Shown: positions 21,083-32,172, counted from the stretch's first letter. The stretch: 64,000 bases of DNA from an uncultured delta proteobacterium (GCA_963708295.1 CAVPSJ010000013.1:1-64000), one strand, 5' to 3'. Notes: generated by a model not told the origin, from the letters alone. Translations and numbers: made by a program.

Positions 21083-21559
21083 ATGAGAATTCGTCCATTA
21101 TTTGAAAAAGACAGAGCCAGACTGCTTTCGCTGCTGATACGGACTCGTGCGTTCAATTCTGCCGAGATTGCCGTTGCGATGGAGCTGGTTGACATTGTGC
21201 TGAAGGATCCACTTCAAAAGGATTATCAGATTGATTGTATGGTAGATGACGGGGATCTGATCATCGGTTATCTCTGCCATGGTCCCACTCCCATGGCCCC
21301 TGGGACGTTCGACCTCTACTGGATCGCCGTGGATCCTGATTCCCAGGAGCAGGGGGTCGGTTCAAAACTCTTGGGTTTTCTGGAAGAAGGGGTGAAGGCG
21401 AGGGGTGGGCGAATGATTCTTGCGGAAACTTCAACCGTCCCACAGTATGAAAAGACTCAAAAATTTTATCTGAAGAATGGGTTTCGGGAAGTTGCGAAAA
21501 TCCCGGATTATTATCATCCCGGTAATGACCGGATTACTTTTTGCAGAAGGCTGACTTAA
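21083..21559 (+). CDS. GNAT N-acetyltransferase
   Basis: LYWIAVDP..Q.QGVGSKLL, FYLKNGF. Confidence 0.9.
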   Translation: MRIRPLFEKDRARLLSLLIRTRAFNSAEIAVAMELVDIVLKDPLQKDYQIDCMVDDGDLIIGYLCHGPTPMAPGTFDLYWIAVDPDSQEQGVGSKLLGFLEEGVKARGGRMILAETSTVPQYEKTQKFYLKNGFREVAKIPDYYHPGNDRITFCRRLT

Positions 21560-21563
21560 AGGC

Positions 21564-22685
21564 TTGGAGACGAAGATGGAAAAGAGAAGGATTGGGGTTC
21601 TGACGGGTGGCGGGGATTGCGCTGGACTAAATTCGGCGATTAAATGGGTAGTGAAAACGGCATTGGACGACCGGCTCCGGAAGACCCGGAAGATCGATTA
21701 TGAAGTTGTCGGGATTCGGGATGGGTGGAAAGGTCTCGTGCAGCCGGATGGAGACGAGGATGATCCGACACCCAGGGTGAGCCACTTGACAGAAGAGATG
21801 GTCAGGACCTGGGACCGATACGGAGGAACCATGCTTGGGACTTCGCGAACCAATCCCTACGATCCAAAGAACGATCGATCCAGGATCGTCGCCGAGAATT
21901 TGGATAAGTATCACCTGGATCATCTCGTGGCGATTGGGGGGGAGGACACTCTTGGGGTGGCTCACAGGCTTTGTCTGGAAGGAGTGAAGGTGGTGGGCAT
22001 CCCAAAGACGATCGACAAGGACCTTTCGGGTACGGATTACACCCTGGGATTCGAGACCGCCGTGAATGTGATCACGGAGGAAATTGATCGTCTCAGGACG
22101 ACTGCGGGATCCCATCGAAGAATCTTTATCGTGGAGACGATGGGAAGACATGCGGGCTGGCTGGCTCTGGAGGGAGGAGAGTCGAGCGGAGCCTATATCA
22201 TTTTGATTCCAGAGTACAATTTTGAGATGGATAAGGTCAATGAATTGGTCATGGAGGGAAGAAGAAAAGGCCTTCGGTACGAAATTATTGTCGTGTCGGA
22301 GGGGGCAACCCCCGTCGGATATTCTGAGATCGTAAAGGAAGAGAGCATCGACAGCTTCGGGCATAAAACGTTAGGAGGGATCGGAGAATTCCTTGCGAAG
22401 CGGATTTCCGAGTGGACGAAAATCGAGACGCGAAGCCTGACCTTGAGCCACTTGCAGCGGGGAGGGGTTCCTTGCGCCTACGATCGTCGAATGGGAAGGT
22501 ATTTCGGAATTGCAGCCGTGGACCTGATCGTAAACGAAGATTTTGGAAAGATGGTAAGCTATCGGAATGGGCGAATTAGCGCTGTTCCGTTGAAAGAGGC
22601 CGTTAACAAATTGAATTTGGTGGATGTTCAAACCCAGTATGATACGGAACGATACAATGGAAGAAGAACGATCTTAGGGACATAA
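21564..22685 (+). CDS. pfkA: 6-phosphofructokinase family protein
   Basis: LTGGGDCAGLN, GGTMLGTSR, IGGEDT, PKTIDKD, VETMGRHAGW. Confidence 0.9.
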   Translation: METKMEKRRIGVLTGGGDCAGLNSAIKWVVKTALDDRLRKTRKIDYEVVGIRDGWKGLVQPDGDEDDPTPRVSHLTEEMVRTWDRYGGTMLGTSRTNPYDPKNDRSRIVAENLDKYHLDHLVAIGGEDTLGVAHRLCLEGVKVVGIPKTIDKDLSGTDYTLGFETAVNVITEEIDRLRTTAGSHRRIFIVETMGRHAGWLALEGGESSGAYIILIPEYNFEMDKVNELVMEGRRKGLRYEIIVVSEGATPVGYSEIVKEESIDSFGHKTLGGIGEFLAKRISEWTKIETRSLTLSHLQRGGVPCAYDRRMGRYFGIAAVDLIVNEDFGKMVSYRNGRISAVPLKEAVNKLNLVDVQTQYDTERYNGRRTILGT

Positions 22686-22690
22686 ATAGG

Positions 22691-22828
22691 AAATTCGAAG
22701 CACGAAATCCGAAATTCGAAACAAACACGAACGCTCAAAATCTAAGTGACCCAAACAGAAAACTTTTAATTTTTGAAAATTGGAAATTTGAAATTGATTC
22801 GGACTTCGATATTCGGATGTCGAGATTC
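22691..22828. repeat. Degenerate heptamer repeat arms in inverted arrangement
   Basis: AATTCGA/AGCACGA/AATCCGA/AATTCGA ... TCGGACT/TCGATAT/TCGGATG. Confidence 0.65.
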
Positions 22829-22833
22829 CTTTT

Positions 22834-23262
22834 TTACAGGAGCCGCTGGTGTTCTTTCTTCATGCAACGGTCCATCACCACTTTTAAGCCTGCTTTCGCA
22901 GCTTTTGCGCCTGCTTCTTCGTGAATGACCCCCTCCTGCATCCAGACCGCCTTGGCTTTCCGCTGGATGGCCTCGTCCACAACGGGCGGGACATCTTCTG
23001 ATTTTCGAAAGATATCGACCACCTCCACTCCGATCTCTTCGGGAATGTCTGCCAGGCGATGGTAGACCTTTTCTCCCAGAATCTCTTCTCCATCGGGTCG
23101 AACCGGGATGATCCGATACCCGTTTGATTTAAGATAAGATGCCACGATATAGCTGGGGCGGTCCTCGTTTGGAGAAATTCCTACCACGGCGACGGTCTTG
23201 AAATTGGACAATATCTTTTTGACATCGTCATCTATCATCGCTTTCTCCTCTCCTCTCCCCAT
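22834..23262 (-). CDS. CoA-binding protein (YccU-like)
   Basis: VAVVGISP..RPS, VDIFR, VWMQEG, VVMDRC. Confidence 0.92.
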   Translation of the reverse strand: MGRGEEKAMIDDDVKKILSNFKTVAVVGISPNEDRPSYIVASYLKSNGYRIIPVRPDGEEILGEKVYHRLADIPEEIGVEVVDIFRKSEDVPPVVDEAIQRKAKAVWMQEGVIHEEAGAKAAKAGLKVVMDRCMKKEHQRLL

Positions 23263-23373
23263 CGAGACTGTGTCGTCATCAACAGTTGCTATTAATCGTA
23301 GTAACCCGACGGGGTAGGAGGACCGCCGGGAGACCTTTCAGGCCCCTGGGGACCTGATGGAGCGGGTTCCTTT

Positions 23374-25754
23374 TCATGATCTCTCGTCTTCACGGGGAAT
23401 GGAGCTATCGATAAATGCCTCGGTGATCGTTTCGGGGGAATCCGCGCCGGCGGGTAGCCCTGTGTCGATATTCACTCTGATGAACGTAATTCCAGGAGGG
23501 GGTTTGGGGGTTTCGACAGGAGTATTTTTCAAAGCCTGGCTCATAAAAGAAATCCAGATGGGAAGAGCCGCCCGTGCCCCGGTCTCGTTTTTCCCCAGGG
23601 AAGTCTTATCATCAAAACCGACCCAGACTCCCGCGAGGAGGGAGGGAGAGTAACCGATGAACCAGGCATCGGAATAATCGCTCGATGTTCCCGTTTTCCC
23701 GGCGACCGGTCTTCCGAGAACCTTTGCCCTCTGGCCTGTCCCGTGTTGGATCACCCCCTGAAGAAGATGGGTCATGATAAAAGCATTTTGTGGAGAGATC
23801 ACCTGTTCCTTGGGGGCAGGCGAAGGATTTTTTGGCGTTTCCTCCTCTTCTTCCTTTTCCTCCACCTCAAGATAGGGAGTGTTTTCCTCCAGAACCTCAC
23901 CTTTCATGGTGACGATTTTCTTGATGAAGATAGGCTTGATTCGTTCCCCCCCATTTGCAAAGGCAGCAAAGGCAGAGGTCAATTCCATCATGGAGACCCC
24001 CGACGTGCCCAGGGCAATCGAGAGGTCCCTCTTGATCGGGGATTCAATCCCCAGCCTTTTGATGAATTGGAGGGCATAACCGACGCCGATATCTTCGAGG
24101 ATTTTGACGGTGACGACATTTCTGGAGTGGGCCAAGGCGTTCCGGAAAGTGATGGGCCCCATGAAATCTTCATCATAATTCTTTGGAGCCCAATAGGTTC
24201 CTCCATCGGGATCTGAATACTCTACCGGAGAATCCATGAGGATGGTGGAGGGGGTATAGCCCTTCTCCAGAGCGGCTCCATAGATCACGGGCTTGAAGGC
24301 GGAACCGGGTTGCCTTCGGGAAGAGATGGCACGGTTAAACTGGCTTTCGCTGAAATCACGGCCTCCCACCATAGCCCGGACATACCCGGTTTTGGGGTCG
24401 AGACAGAGCAAGGCGCCCTGAACGAGAGGTTCTTGCTCCAGGCTGAGAAGAAGGGTCTGGTCTTTTTTGGGGGATTCTTTCACACGAACATAGATGACAT
24501 CCCCTGGGTTGAGAAGATCCCCGGGGTTTTCGCCTTCTGCGGTTTGTAGGTCGAAGTGCGTTTGACGTTGAGGGCCCAAGACATCTCGGAGTACGGGAGA
24601 ATTCCTTTTCGATCTTCGACCCAGACGGTGTACGACTTTTTTGAATCCTCTTTAGAGAGGATCACCCCTTCGAAGATCTCTTTTTGGGGGAGGGGAGGGA
24701 CGGCCCCTTTCTTTTTATTCGGAAGTTCCTTTGCCTCGTTGGGAGGGAGAGTCTGGATCGGTCCCCGGAATCCCTCGCGCTTATCCAGTTCTCTCAATCC
24801 CGTCTCCACAGACCTTTGAGCATTTCTCTGAAGGGAGAGATCAAGGGTGGTGTAAATCCTCAATCCCTCCTGGTACAGTTTTTCCTTCCCGTACTTCCTC
24901 TCCACCTGGTGTCGAATGAACTCGGTGAAGTAAGGGGCCTTGCTGAAATACGCACTTTCCCTCGACTGAATTTTAAGGGGAATCCGAAAGGCCTTTTCCT
25001 TCTGCTCTTGCGAGATGAAGCCTAATTCAGCCATACGGGCGAGGACATAGGTTTGTCGATCTTTGGCTCTTTTTAGATTATTGACGGGTGAATAGCGGCT
25101 GGGGGCCTTGACCAAACCTGCCAGCATCGCCATCTCTGGTAAAGTGAGGTGTTCTACTCGCTTATTGAAATAGCTATCTGCGGCGGCCTCCACGCCATAA
25201 GCTCCATTTCCCAAGTAAATGTTATTGAGGTAAAGACCGAGGATTTCCTCTTTGGTTAAATTCTGCTCCAAGCCAAAGGCGTAGGCGACCTCTTTCAATT
25301 TGCGGGTTAAACTTCTCTTTGGGGTGAGGAAGAAAGTCTTGGTCACCTGCTGAGTGATGGTGCTCCCTCCCTGTACAATCCTTCCAGCAAGGAAGTTCTT
25401 GAACATGGCACGGAGTATTCCCTTGTAGTCGACTCCCTTGTGCTTGAAAAAGTCTGCGTCCTCCGCCGCGATGAAAGCGTTGACCAGCTGTTTAGGAATC
25501 CGTTCATAGGAAATGGGGATTCTATTCTCCATCAGGTATTTTCCGACCACCTCATCTTCTTCGGAGTAGACGATCGAGAAAGCGTTGAGGTTTCGTTCCT
25601 TCAGGGGTGCGAAATCAGGCAGGCGATGGGAGTGATAGAAAAAGAACAAGCCTCCCAAGATGAGGAGTAAAAGGACGGAGAGGATAAAGGAATAAACGAC
25701 ATAAAACGCCCATCGTTTTTTCCCTCTCTTTTGAAGATGATTTTGTTCTTCCAT
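23374..25754 (-). CDS. mrcA: Class A penicillin-binding protein 1A (frameshift near 24510)
   Basis: Transglycosylase ED..F..H.G, GGSTITQQ, RKLKE; transpeptidase SAFK, SRN, KTGT. Confidence 0.92.
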
Positions 25755-25772
25755 GAGGAGCAAGAATGAACC

Positions 25773-25811
25773 AAAAAAGGGAAAACCCTTTTTGCAGGGT
25801 CCTCCCTTTTT
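25773..25811 (-). terminator. Putative intrinsic terminator
   Basis: AAAAAAGGGAAAACCCT-loop-AGGGTCCTCCCTTTTTT hairpin just after the lipoprotein gene. Confidence 0.5.
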
Positions 25812-25831
25812 ATGATTTCACCATCGTGCGG

Positions 25832-26125
25832 CTATTTTTTCTTCTTTGGAATCTTGGCCGTCAGATCCTCTACCTGTTTTTTTAACGTTTCAATCTCTGC
25901 ATTCAAATTACTGATGGTTGTCTCCTTCTCAGCCGCCGCCTTCTGAACATCCTCCTTCAACTTCTGCGCATCCAGCTTCAGTTTGTCGTTTTCCGACTTG
26001 AGGGTGGTATTTTCGGCTTTCAATTTCTCATTTTCAGCCTTGATATCGGCTCCACATCCGGTGAAAACGGTCAAAAACATTCCAATTAAGAGCAAGGATA
26101 GAATGACAGCAACAGCCCTCTTCAT
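25832..26125 (-). CDS. Coiled-coil lipoprotein
   Basis: Signal peptide with FTGC lipobox, heptad repeats LKAENxx. Confidence 0.75.
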   Translation of the reverse strand: MKRAVAVILSLLLIGMFLTVFTGCGADIKAENEKLKAENTTLKSENDKLKLDAQKLKEDVQKAAAEKETTISNLNAEIETLKKQVEDLTAKIPKKKK

Positions 26126-26324
26126 CTTCCCCTCACCTCCTTTCCTAAAAAATGGGTCAGCTCTTTCCCTCGAATTATAGAAACCTGTGCTGAAAAAATC
26201 AAATAATTTTTTGAACTTGACAACCCTTTCCATTTCTAGTGATATTTTAGAAAAATCACTCAAGGGGAAAACCTGCTTTTCATTCCATCCCCTGCGTCGT
26301 CGTAAAGAGAGGAGGGGGCAAATT

Positions 26325-26352
26325 GGAACAAAAACGGTCTGCCGTTGTCTAT
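26325..26352 (+). promoter_or_regulatory. ECF (sigmaE-type) promoter, probably autoregulatory
   Basis: GGAAC-N17-GTCTA immediately upstream of the ECF sigma gene. Confidence 0.6.
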
Positions 26353-26378
26353 AGAACTAGGGGAAGAATAGGTTTCTG

Positions 26379-26969
26379 ATGAAAACTTCTCCCAAGATTC
26401 AAAAAGAGGTCATCGAAAGCTGCAAGGCAGGGGACGAAAAGGCCTTTTCAGAGATTGTTCTCTGCCGCCAGAAAAAAGTGTTTAACATCGCTTACCGGAT
26501 GTTGGGCAATTCGGAAGAGGCGAAGGATTTGGCCCAAGAAGTCTTTATCTCCGTCTTTGAGTCGATTAGAGATCTGAAGGAGGAGATTAAATTCGATGCG
26601 TGGCTTACCCAGATTACGTTAAACCACTGTCGAAACCGTTGGAAATATCTAAAGCGGCGGCAGTATTTCAGCTCCGATTCACTGGACGATCCCGTCGAAA
26701 CAGAAGACGGAAGTGTGCCGAGAGCCATTTGTGATCCTTCTGATAACCCTGAAATCCTCTTCGAAAAGAAGATGGTTCAGCAATTGATTCAGAGGGGGCT
26801 TCTGAAATTGAAAGAGGACCAGAGGGAACTGCTTGTGCTGAGAGACCTTCAGGGATATTCTTATGAAGAGATGGGTGAGGCCCTCGGTCTCCCGGAGGGG
26901 ACGGTCAAATCAAGACTCCACCGTGCAAGAATGGATCTGAAAGACGTCTTAGAGAGGTTCAGCCATTAG
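26379..26969 (+). CDS. ECF RNA polymerase sigma factor
   Basis: AKDLAQEVF, FDAWL, SYEEM..LGLPEGTVKSRLHRAR. Confidence 0.93.
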   Translation: MKTSPKIQKEVIESCKAGDEKAFSEIVLCRQKKVFNIAYRMLGNSEEAKDLAQEVFISVFESIRDLKEEIKFDAWLTQITLNHCRNRWKYLKRRQYFSSDSLDDPVETEDGSVPRAICDPSDNPEILFEKKMVQQLIQRGLLKLKEDQRELLVLRDLQGYSYEEMGEALGLPEGTVKSRLHRARMDLKDVLERFSH

Positions 26970-27122
26970 CAGGCCGCTGAAAAAAACCCATCTGCTTCGT
27001 TTCCCTCATCCTTCGTCATTGCGGCGTACGTTCAAGTACGCCTCATTCCTCAGGATTTCGGGAGGCTTGCATCTGGGCATTTTTGAGCAGCCTGAGGAAC
27101 AACCACTTTTTCGGCAACCGTG
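26967..27122. mobile_element. MITE-like element between sigma and anti-sigma genes
   Basis: CAGGCCGCTGAAAAA...TTTTTGAGCAGCCTG inverted ends plus internal GGCGTAC/GTACGCC hairpin. Confidence 0.65.
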
Positions 27123-27141
27123 AGAGAAAGGAGGAGGGTCT

Positions 27142-28329
27142 ATGGATTGTGAAAAAGCACGAGATCGGTTTTCCTCCTTGTGGGAAAAGGAGTTGGCACC
27201 CTTTGAGGAGAAGATGTTAGGGGAACATCTTTCTTCATGCCCTGAGTGCCGGAGGGAATTTGAACAATTTGAGAAGACGATGGGATGGCTTCACTCTGCC
27301 GAAGAAGCAGAGGTGCCCGAAGGGTTTCTCTCCGAACTTTACAAAAAGAGAGAAGGGAAGAAAGGAGCCATCCCCTTCGAGAAGCCAAGAGGAAGATGGC
27401 TCCACCTCCCGCTCTCCTTCAAACTTCCCGCCCAGGCGGCGGCTATGGTGGCCGTCGTTTTCCTGGTCCTCTACCTCACCAAGATGATACCGATGGAAGG
27501 GGGCCGCTTGAACGAAACAAAACAACCCTCTTCGCCGCTTTCCTTGCAGGAAAAGCAGGAACAGGGATTGACCCGTTCGGCGGCGCCGAGCCCCGTCTCT
27601 GGAGGAGGGGTAGAGGAACGCCGCTCAGACTCAACCCTGAGTAAGGACTCTTCTTCGGTTCGGCAGGCTTACCGCCCCGAGCAAAGCCGAGGGGCAGGCC
27701 GGGGTGTCGAAGGGTTGACTCCCAAAGAGGAGGAGCGGAGGATCTTGGGAACACCTCCGGAGACACCTCACGCAATGGATTCTGAACAGGCGAAACCCGC
27801 TGTCCCAGGAGAGAAAAAAAGAGAAGGGACCGACGCTTCAGAAACTCCTCCCCCAAAGGCCGAGGTCATGGCGTATCAACAAATGGAATCAAAGGGAGCG
27901 GCGAGAGAGAAAACCCCACCTCCAGCGCCTGGAAAGACTAAGAAAGAATTGGCTGCCCGGGAGAAATCCCCTGTTGCTTCCAAGCCACCTCAAGAAATCA
28001 TCTTGAAAGTCTCCGATCGGAAGAAAATGATCCCCCGACTTCACGAACTGGTGAAGGAATTCGGAGGAGAGGTGGTCGCGGCAGAAGGGGATATGTTCCT
28101 TGCTTCCTTGCCAGCGGGCTCATTTCCGGAGTTTGAAAAAGAATTGGCAGGGTTGAGTTCTCGTGCCAAGGCAGATGGGTTGATTGCGAAGAAAGATACT
28201 GCGGGAAGTTTGAGACTCGAAGAAGGGGGGAAGAGGAAAGAGGGTGACGAGAGAAGCAAAGGGTCAACAGGACTTGGGGCCGATAAGGGAAGTCGAACGA
28301 TTGTTCGCATCCTCCTCGTTGAGGAGTAA
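27142..28329 (+). CDS. Zinc-finger (zf-HC2) transmembrane anti-sigma factor
   Basis: HLSSCPEC (HxxxCxxC), single TM segment, adjacent to the ECF sigma. Confidence 0.85.
   Translation: MDCEKARDRFSSLWEKELAPFEEKMLGEHLSSCPECRREFEQFEKTMGWLHSAEEAEVPEGFLSELYKKREGKKGAIPFEKPRGRWLHLPLSFKLPAQAAAMVAVVFLVLYLTKMIPMEGGRLNETKQPSSPLSLQEKQEQGLTRSAAPSPVSGGGVEERRSDSTLSKDSSSVRQAYRPEQSRGAGRGVEGLTPKEEERRILGTPPETPHAMDSEQAKPAVPGEKKREGTDASETPPPKAEVMAYQQMESKGAAREKTPPPAPGKTKKELAAREKSPVASKPPQEIILKVSDRKKMIPRLHELVKEFGGEVVAAEGDMFLASLPAGSFPEFEKELAGLSSRAKADGLIAKKDTAGSLRLEEGGKRKEGDERSKGSTGLGADKGSRTIVRILLVEE
27568..27719. mobile_element. TTGAC-bounded element inserted in-frame in the anti-sigma gene
   Basis: TTGAC-CCGTTCG...GTCGAAGGG-TTGAC; adds 147 bp. 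Confidence 0.8.
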
Positions 28330-28378
28330 TCTTGGTTGGCAACTCCTTTTTGCGGGAGCCCGTCGATTCATTACGGGT

Positions 28379-28624
28379 TTGACCGGCCTGACGAAGCCCG
28401 GGGATGGACCCTGGCCGAGGGCAAGGGAAAAGGAGCGGCCTTTCAGATTGATCCATCCGGCCGCGCTAACTCCCGCCTTTTGAGGCGGGGTAAAGAAGTG
28501 CTGCTCAGGGTCAACCTGAGCCCCTCGGCCTGAGCCTTTCGGCAGGCTCAAGGCCCTGAATTCAATGGAGGGCTCGGGTCGAAGGCAAGCCCGGGCCTTC
28601 AGGCCGGGGAGTCGAAGAGTTGAC
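28379..28624. mobile_element. TTGAC-bounded composite palindromic element
   Basis: TTGAC at 28379 and 28620; ends GTCGAAGAGTTGAC; nested CCTGAGCC..GGCTCAAGG hairpin. Confidence 0.7.
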
Positions 28625-28648
28625 TTCTGAACTTAAGTTTTGTATTTT
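28620..28648 (+). promoter_or_regulatory. Sigma-70-type promoter
   Basis: TTGACT-17 bp-TATTTT upstream of the LysM/NlpC gene. Confidence 0.55.
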
Positions 28649-28736
28649 AATCATTGATCCGATTTTATTTTTCTTACCATTCATCGGTGTTTTAAAAAAG
28701 GGAAAAACTGTCCTTCGTTAAGGGAGGGGAAATTTC

Positions 28737-29702
28737 ATGATCAGGCCAACGAACAGTCTAGGAATGGGATTGATCTTCTTATACCTTTTGGCTGGCGTTT
28801 GGCAGAATGGATGGACAGAAGAGAGATATACGGTCAGATCAGGGGATACGCTTTATGGGATTTCGAAATCGTTTGGCGTTAGTCTGGAGGCGCTGAAAAA
28901 TGCGAATGGATTAGAAGGAAGTTCAATCCGCCCTAAACAGGTTCTCGGCATCCCATCTCCGACGGAAAAGAAGGCGGATGAGGCTTCAAGATCGCCTTCG
29001 GACTCCCCCCCCACGGGATTATCAGCGGAGACGTTGAGAAGAACCTCGGAAGGGATGGATTCTTATGTCGTCCGGAGGGGGGACAGCCTTTCCAGTATTT
29101 CTGCGAAGGTGGGTCTTCCGATGGAAGAAATTAGGAGGGTCAACGGCCTCCATACCTCCGCCTTGAAGATTGGGCAAGTCCTTTATCTTCGAAAGGGGGA
29201 GCCCCGGCTGGATGAAAAAGCAGAAGCGTCAGGAGATGAGGATGAGATTTCCGAATTATCCGGGAGAGAGGGAGAGGAGTCTGTCTCCTCGATCCCACTT
29301 GGAAAATGGAACAACCCGGCGGAAAGAAGCCTGCTGGTGAGGGTTGTAAAAACCTTTTTGGGGGTGCCCTATAAACTAGGAGGGTCCACATTAAAAGGGA
29401 TCGATTGTTCTGCTTTTGTGAGAAAAATCTATGAAGTCTTCAATATTCAACTTCCCAGGACTACCCGGGAACAGTTCTCTGTGGGGAAAAAGGTCCAGAA
29501 GCACCAATTGGAGGAGGGAGATCTTGTCTTTTTCAGAGAGGGGGGGAATCGTGCTCACGTGGGAATTTACGTCGGAGAGAATCAATTCGTCCACGCCTCT
29601 TCCTACAGCAGAGAAGTGAAAATAGATTATTTGAACACCCCTTATTACAGCAAGCGCTTTCTCAGAGGAGTCCGGGTAAAGGAATTAGAGAGAGAAAGCT
29701 GA
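28737..29702 (+). CDS. LysM + NlpC/P60 peptidoglycan endopeptidase
   Basis: Two LysM repeats (Y.V..GD.L..I), PY.LGG, DCS, HVGIY, FVHASS. Confidence 0.93.
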   Translation: MIRPTNSLGMGLIFLYLLAGVWQNGWTEERYTVRSGDTLYGISKSFGVSLEALKNANGLEGSSIRPKQVLGIPSPTEKKADEASRSPSDSPPTGLSAETLRRTSEGMDSYVVRRGDSLSSISAKVGLPMEEIRRVNGLHTSALKIGQVLYLRKGEPRLDEKAEASGDEDEISELSGREGEESVSSIPLGKWNNPAERSLLVRVVKTFLGVPYKLGGSTLKGIDCSAFVRKIYEVFNIQLPRTTREQFSVGKKVQKHQLEEGDLVFFREGGNRAHVGIYVGENQFVHASSYSREVKIDYLNTPYYSKRFLRGVRVKELERES

Positions 29703-29809
29703 AGAGGTGTCAACGGCCAACGGCCGACGTTCGCCTCAGGCCGGGTTGAGATTCAAGGGGATTCTAAGACCCGGTCTAATCCCTTATCTCGATAGAAGGA
29801 GAGTGAGTC

Positions 29810-30418
29810 ATGATCATCACTATCAATCCTAAGAATCCGCAATCAAGATTGATTCGAAGGGTCGTGGAGGTCCTTGAGGGAGGAGGTGTGATCGGATATC
29901 CTACCGATACGATTTATGGAGTGGGGTGCGACCTCTTCAAACCCGAGGCAATCCGGAAAATCCATCGACTGAAGAAATTGGAAGCGAAGAAACCTTTAAG
30001 TTTCATCTGCTCCGATTTGAAGGATATCAGTCAGTACGCGTATGTTTCGAATTATGCTTATAAAATGATGAAACGTCTGCTCCCGGGGTCCTATACCTTT
30101 ATCCTGAAAGCAACGAAGCTGGTTCCCAAGGTGGCGATGACCAGGCAGAATACGGTGGGGATAAGAATCCCCGACAATAGGATCTGTCTGACCCTCGTCA
30201 AGGAGCTGGGACACCCGATTATCAGCACCAGCGTTTATAAACCCGATGAGGGGCTGTACAACGATCCCACCGAGATTGAAGAGCGCTTTGGAAAACAGTT
30301 GGACCTTGTCATTGATGGAGGGGTGATCGTTGCCGAGCATTCCAGCATCATTGACCTTACCGATGATTCCCCCAGAGTGATTCGAAAAGGAAAAGGGGAT
30401 GTCGGCCTTTTCCTATAA
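29810..30418 (+). CDS. Sua5/YciO/YrdC family (threonylcarbamoyl-AMP synthase-like) protein
   Basis: YPTDTIYG, LPGSYT, VGIRIPD, IISTS. Confidence 0.9.
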   Translation: MIITINPKNPQSRLIRRVVEVLEGGGVIGYPTDTIYGVGCDLFKPEAIRKIHRLKKLEAKKPLSFICSDLKDISQYAYVSNYAYKMMKRLLPGSYTFILKATKLVPKVAMTRQNTVGIRIPDNRICLTLVKELGHPIISTSVYKPDEGLYNDPTEIEERFGKQLDLVIDGGVIVAEHSSIIDLTDDSPRVIRKGKGDVGLFL

Positions 30419-30447
30419 CCGCGAGTGGCGCAAGAGAGGAGAATAGA

Positions 30448-31017
30448 ATGGGGCGAAAAAATCTTCCACCCACGACCCTGCTTTTCCCTACGCCGGTCGT
30501 TTTGGTGACCTCCGTGGATGAAGCAGGAAAACCCAATATCATTACCCTGGCCTGGGTCGGAGTGGTCAATTCAGAGCCTCCCATGATCAGCATCTCCGTT
30601 CGGCCGGGACGATTTTCGCACGGCTGTGTCAAGCGATCCAAAGAGTTTGTGGTCAATCTTCCTTCCGAAGAGATGGTCAGAAAAGTGGATGCCTGCGGTG
30701 TTCTTTCGGGAAGAGAGGTAGATAAGTTTGCCTCGATGGGATGGAAACAGGTGCCTGCCCAAAAGGTGAGGCCTCCGTTGATCGATGAGTGTCCTGTCCA
30801 GATGGAATGTAGGGTCAGTGAGACGATCTCCTTAGGGAGTCATGATCTTTTTTTGGGGGAGATCGTTGCCCTCCACGTGAAGGAAGAAATCCAAAAAGAA
30901 AAGGGTCGCATCGATATAGCGAGGGCTCTTCCCCTGGTTTTCTGTCCGGGAGCCGATGAATATTGGAGCCTGGGAAAGTGCATCGGCCACTATGGTTTCA
31001 CAAAAGGCAAACCCTGA
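30448..31017 (+). CDS. Flavin reductase family protein
   Basis: PVVLVTS, EFVVNLP, ECP..MEC, GSHDLFLGEI. Confidence 0.9.
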   Translation: MGRKNLPPTTLLFPTPVVLVTSVDEAGKPNIITLAWVGVVNSEPPMISISVRPGRFSHGCVKRSKEFVVNLPSEEMVRKVDACGVLSGREVDKFASMGWKQVPAQKVRPPLIDECPVQMECRVSETISLGSHDLFLGEIVALHVKEEIQKEKGRIDIARALPLVFCPGADEYWSLGKCIGHYGFTKGKP

Positions 31018-31326
31018 TTCGGCTTTGCCGGAACCCTCCAAGCGTTCTGAACTTAAGAAATCCGAATATCGGAGTCTTTACCCTGTTAAATAATTCTGCT
31101 CGAAACTGGCGATCTATGCTTTTCGAGACCTTCGTTAACCATCAAACCGGAAAGTGACCCGACACGTATTTAACAGGGCGGGCAAATTCGAATGAAATTT
31201 GGTTATTTGAAATTGTTTCGAGTTTCGGATTTCGCGCTTCGGATTTAGACCGGTTTGATCGAGATTAACTCTGTTAACTTTTTCCACGCCGTCTTATCCA
31301 CAAGAGAAAGAGGTAACGGACCCGCC

Positions 31327-32172
31327 GTGATTATCGACTGCCATACGCATATTTTCCCTGAGGAAGTGAGAAAAGACCGGGATGCCTTCTGTAAGAAGGA
31401 TGAGGGATTTGCATCTATTTATGAACAGCTAAAGGCAAAAGTCATCGGTGTGGAAGATCTGATTGCCTCGATGGACGAATCCGGAGTAGACCGCTCCGTC
31501 ATTTGCGGGTTTCCTTGGAGCCACCCTGACCTCTGTTCCTTCCAGAACCGATATCTGTTGGAATCTGCCTCACGGTATCCGAATCGATTGATTGTTTTCG
31601 TTTCCCTTCTCTTTTCAAATCCGGATTGGTCAGAGAGAGAATTGGACCGGGCCGTGAAGGGCGGCGCCCGGGGGGTAGGAGAAATCGCCTTTTACCGTGA
31701 TGAAATGACTTCTCAGGACATCCAGTCTATGAAACCGATACTCACCCGGATGGAGAGGGAGGCGATCCCTTTGCTCCTCCATACCAACGAGACCATAGGC
31801 CATTTCTACCCCGGGAAGGGCAAGACGCCTCTTGAGCGTTTTTATGAACTGATCCTTTCTTTTCCGAGCCTGTCGGTCATCTTAGCGCACTGGGGAGGTG
31901 GGTTTCCCTTCTATGAGCTGATGCCCGAGGTAGCAAAGGCGATGGCCAATGTCTACTATGACACGGCTGCTTCGCCTTTTCTCTATTCAAGGAAGATTTA
32001 CGCTATGGTCAGCGAGATTGTTGGGGTAGAGAAGATTCTGTTTGGGACGGACTTCCCACTGATTTCACCACGACGATACTATAGGGAATTGGAAGAATCC
32101 GGTCTCTCAAAACAGGACCGCGAAAAGATATTGGGGCTCAACTTTTCAAGACTGATTGAGAAACGGCCTTGA
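31327..32172 (+). CDS. Amidohydrolase family protein
   Basis: IDCHTH, GVGE, LLHT, ILAHWGGG, LFGTDFP. Confidence 0.9.
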   Translation: MIIDCHTHIFPEEVRKDRDAFCKKDEGFASIYEQLKAKVIGVEDLIASMDESGVDRSVICGFPWSHPDLCSFQNRYLLESASRYPNRLIVFVSLLFSNPDWSERELDRAVKGGARGVGEIAFYRDEMTSQDIQSMKPILTRMEREAIPLLLHTNETIGHFYPGKGKTPLERFYELILSFPSLSVILAHWGGGFPFYELMPEVAKAMANVYYDTAASPFLYSRKIYAMVSEIVGVEKILFGTDFPLISPRRYYRELEESGLSKQDREKILGLNFSRLIEKRP

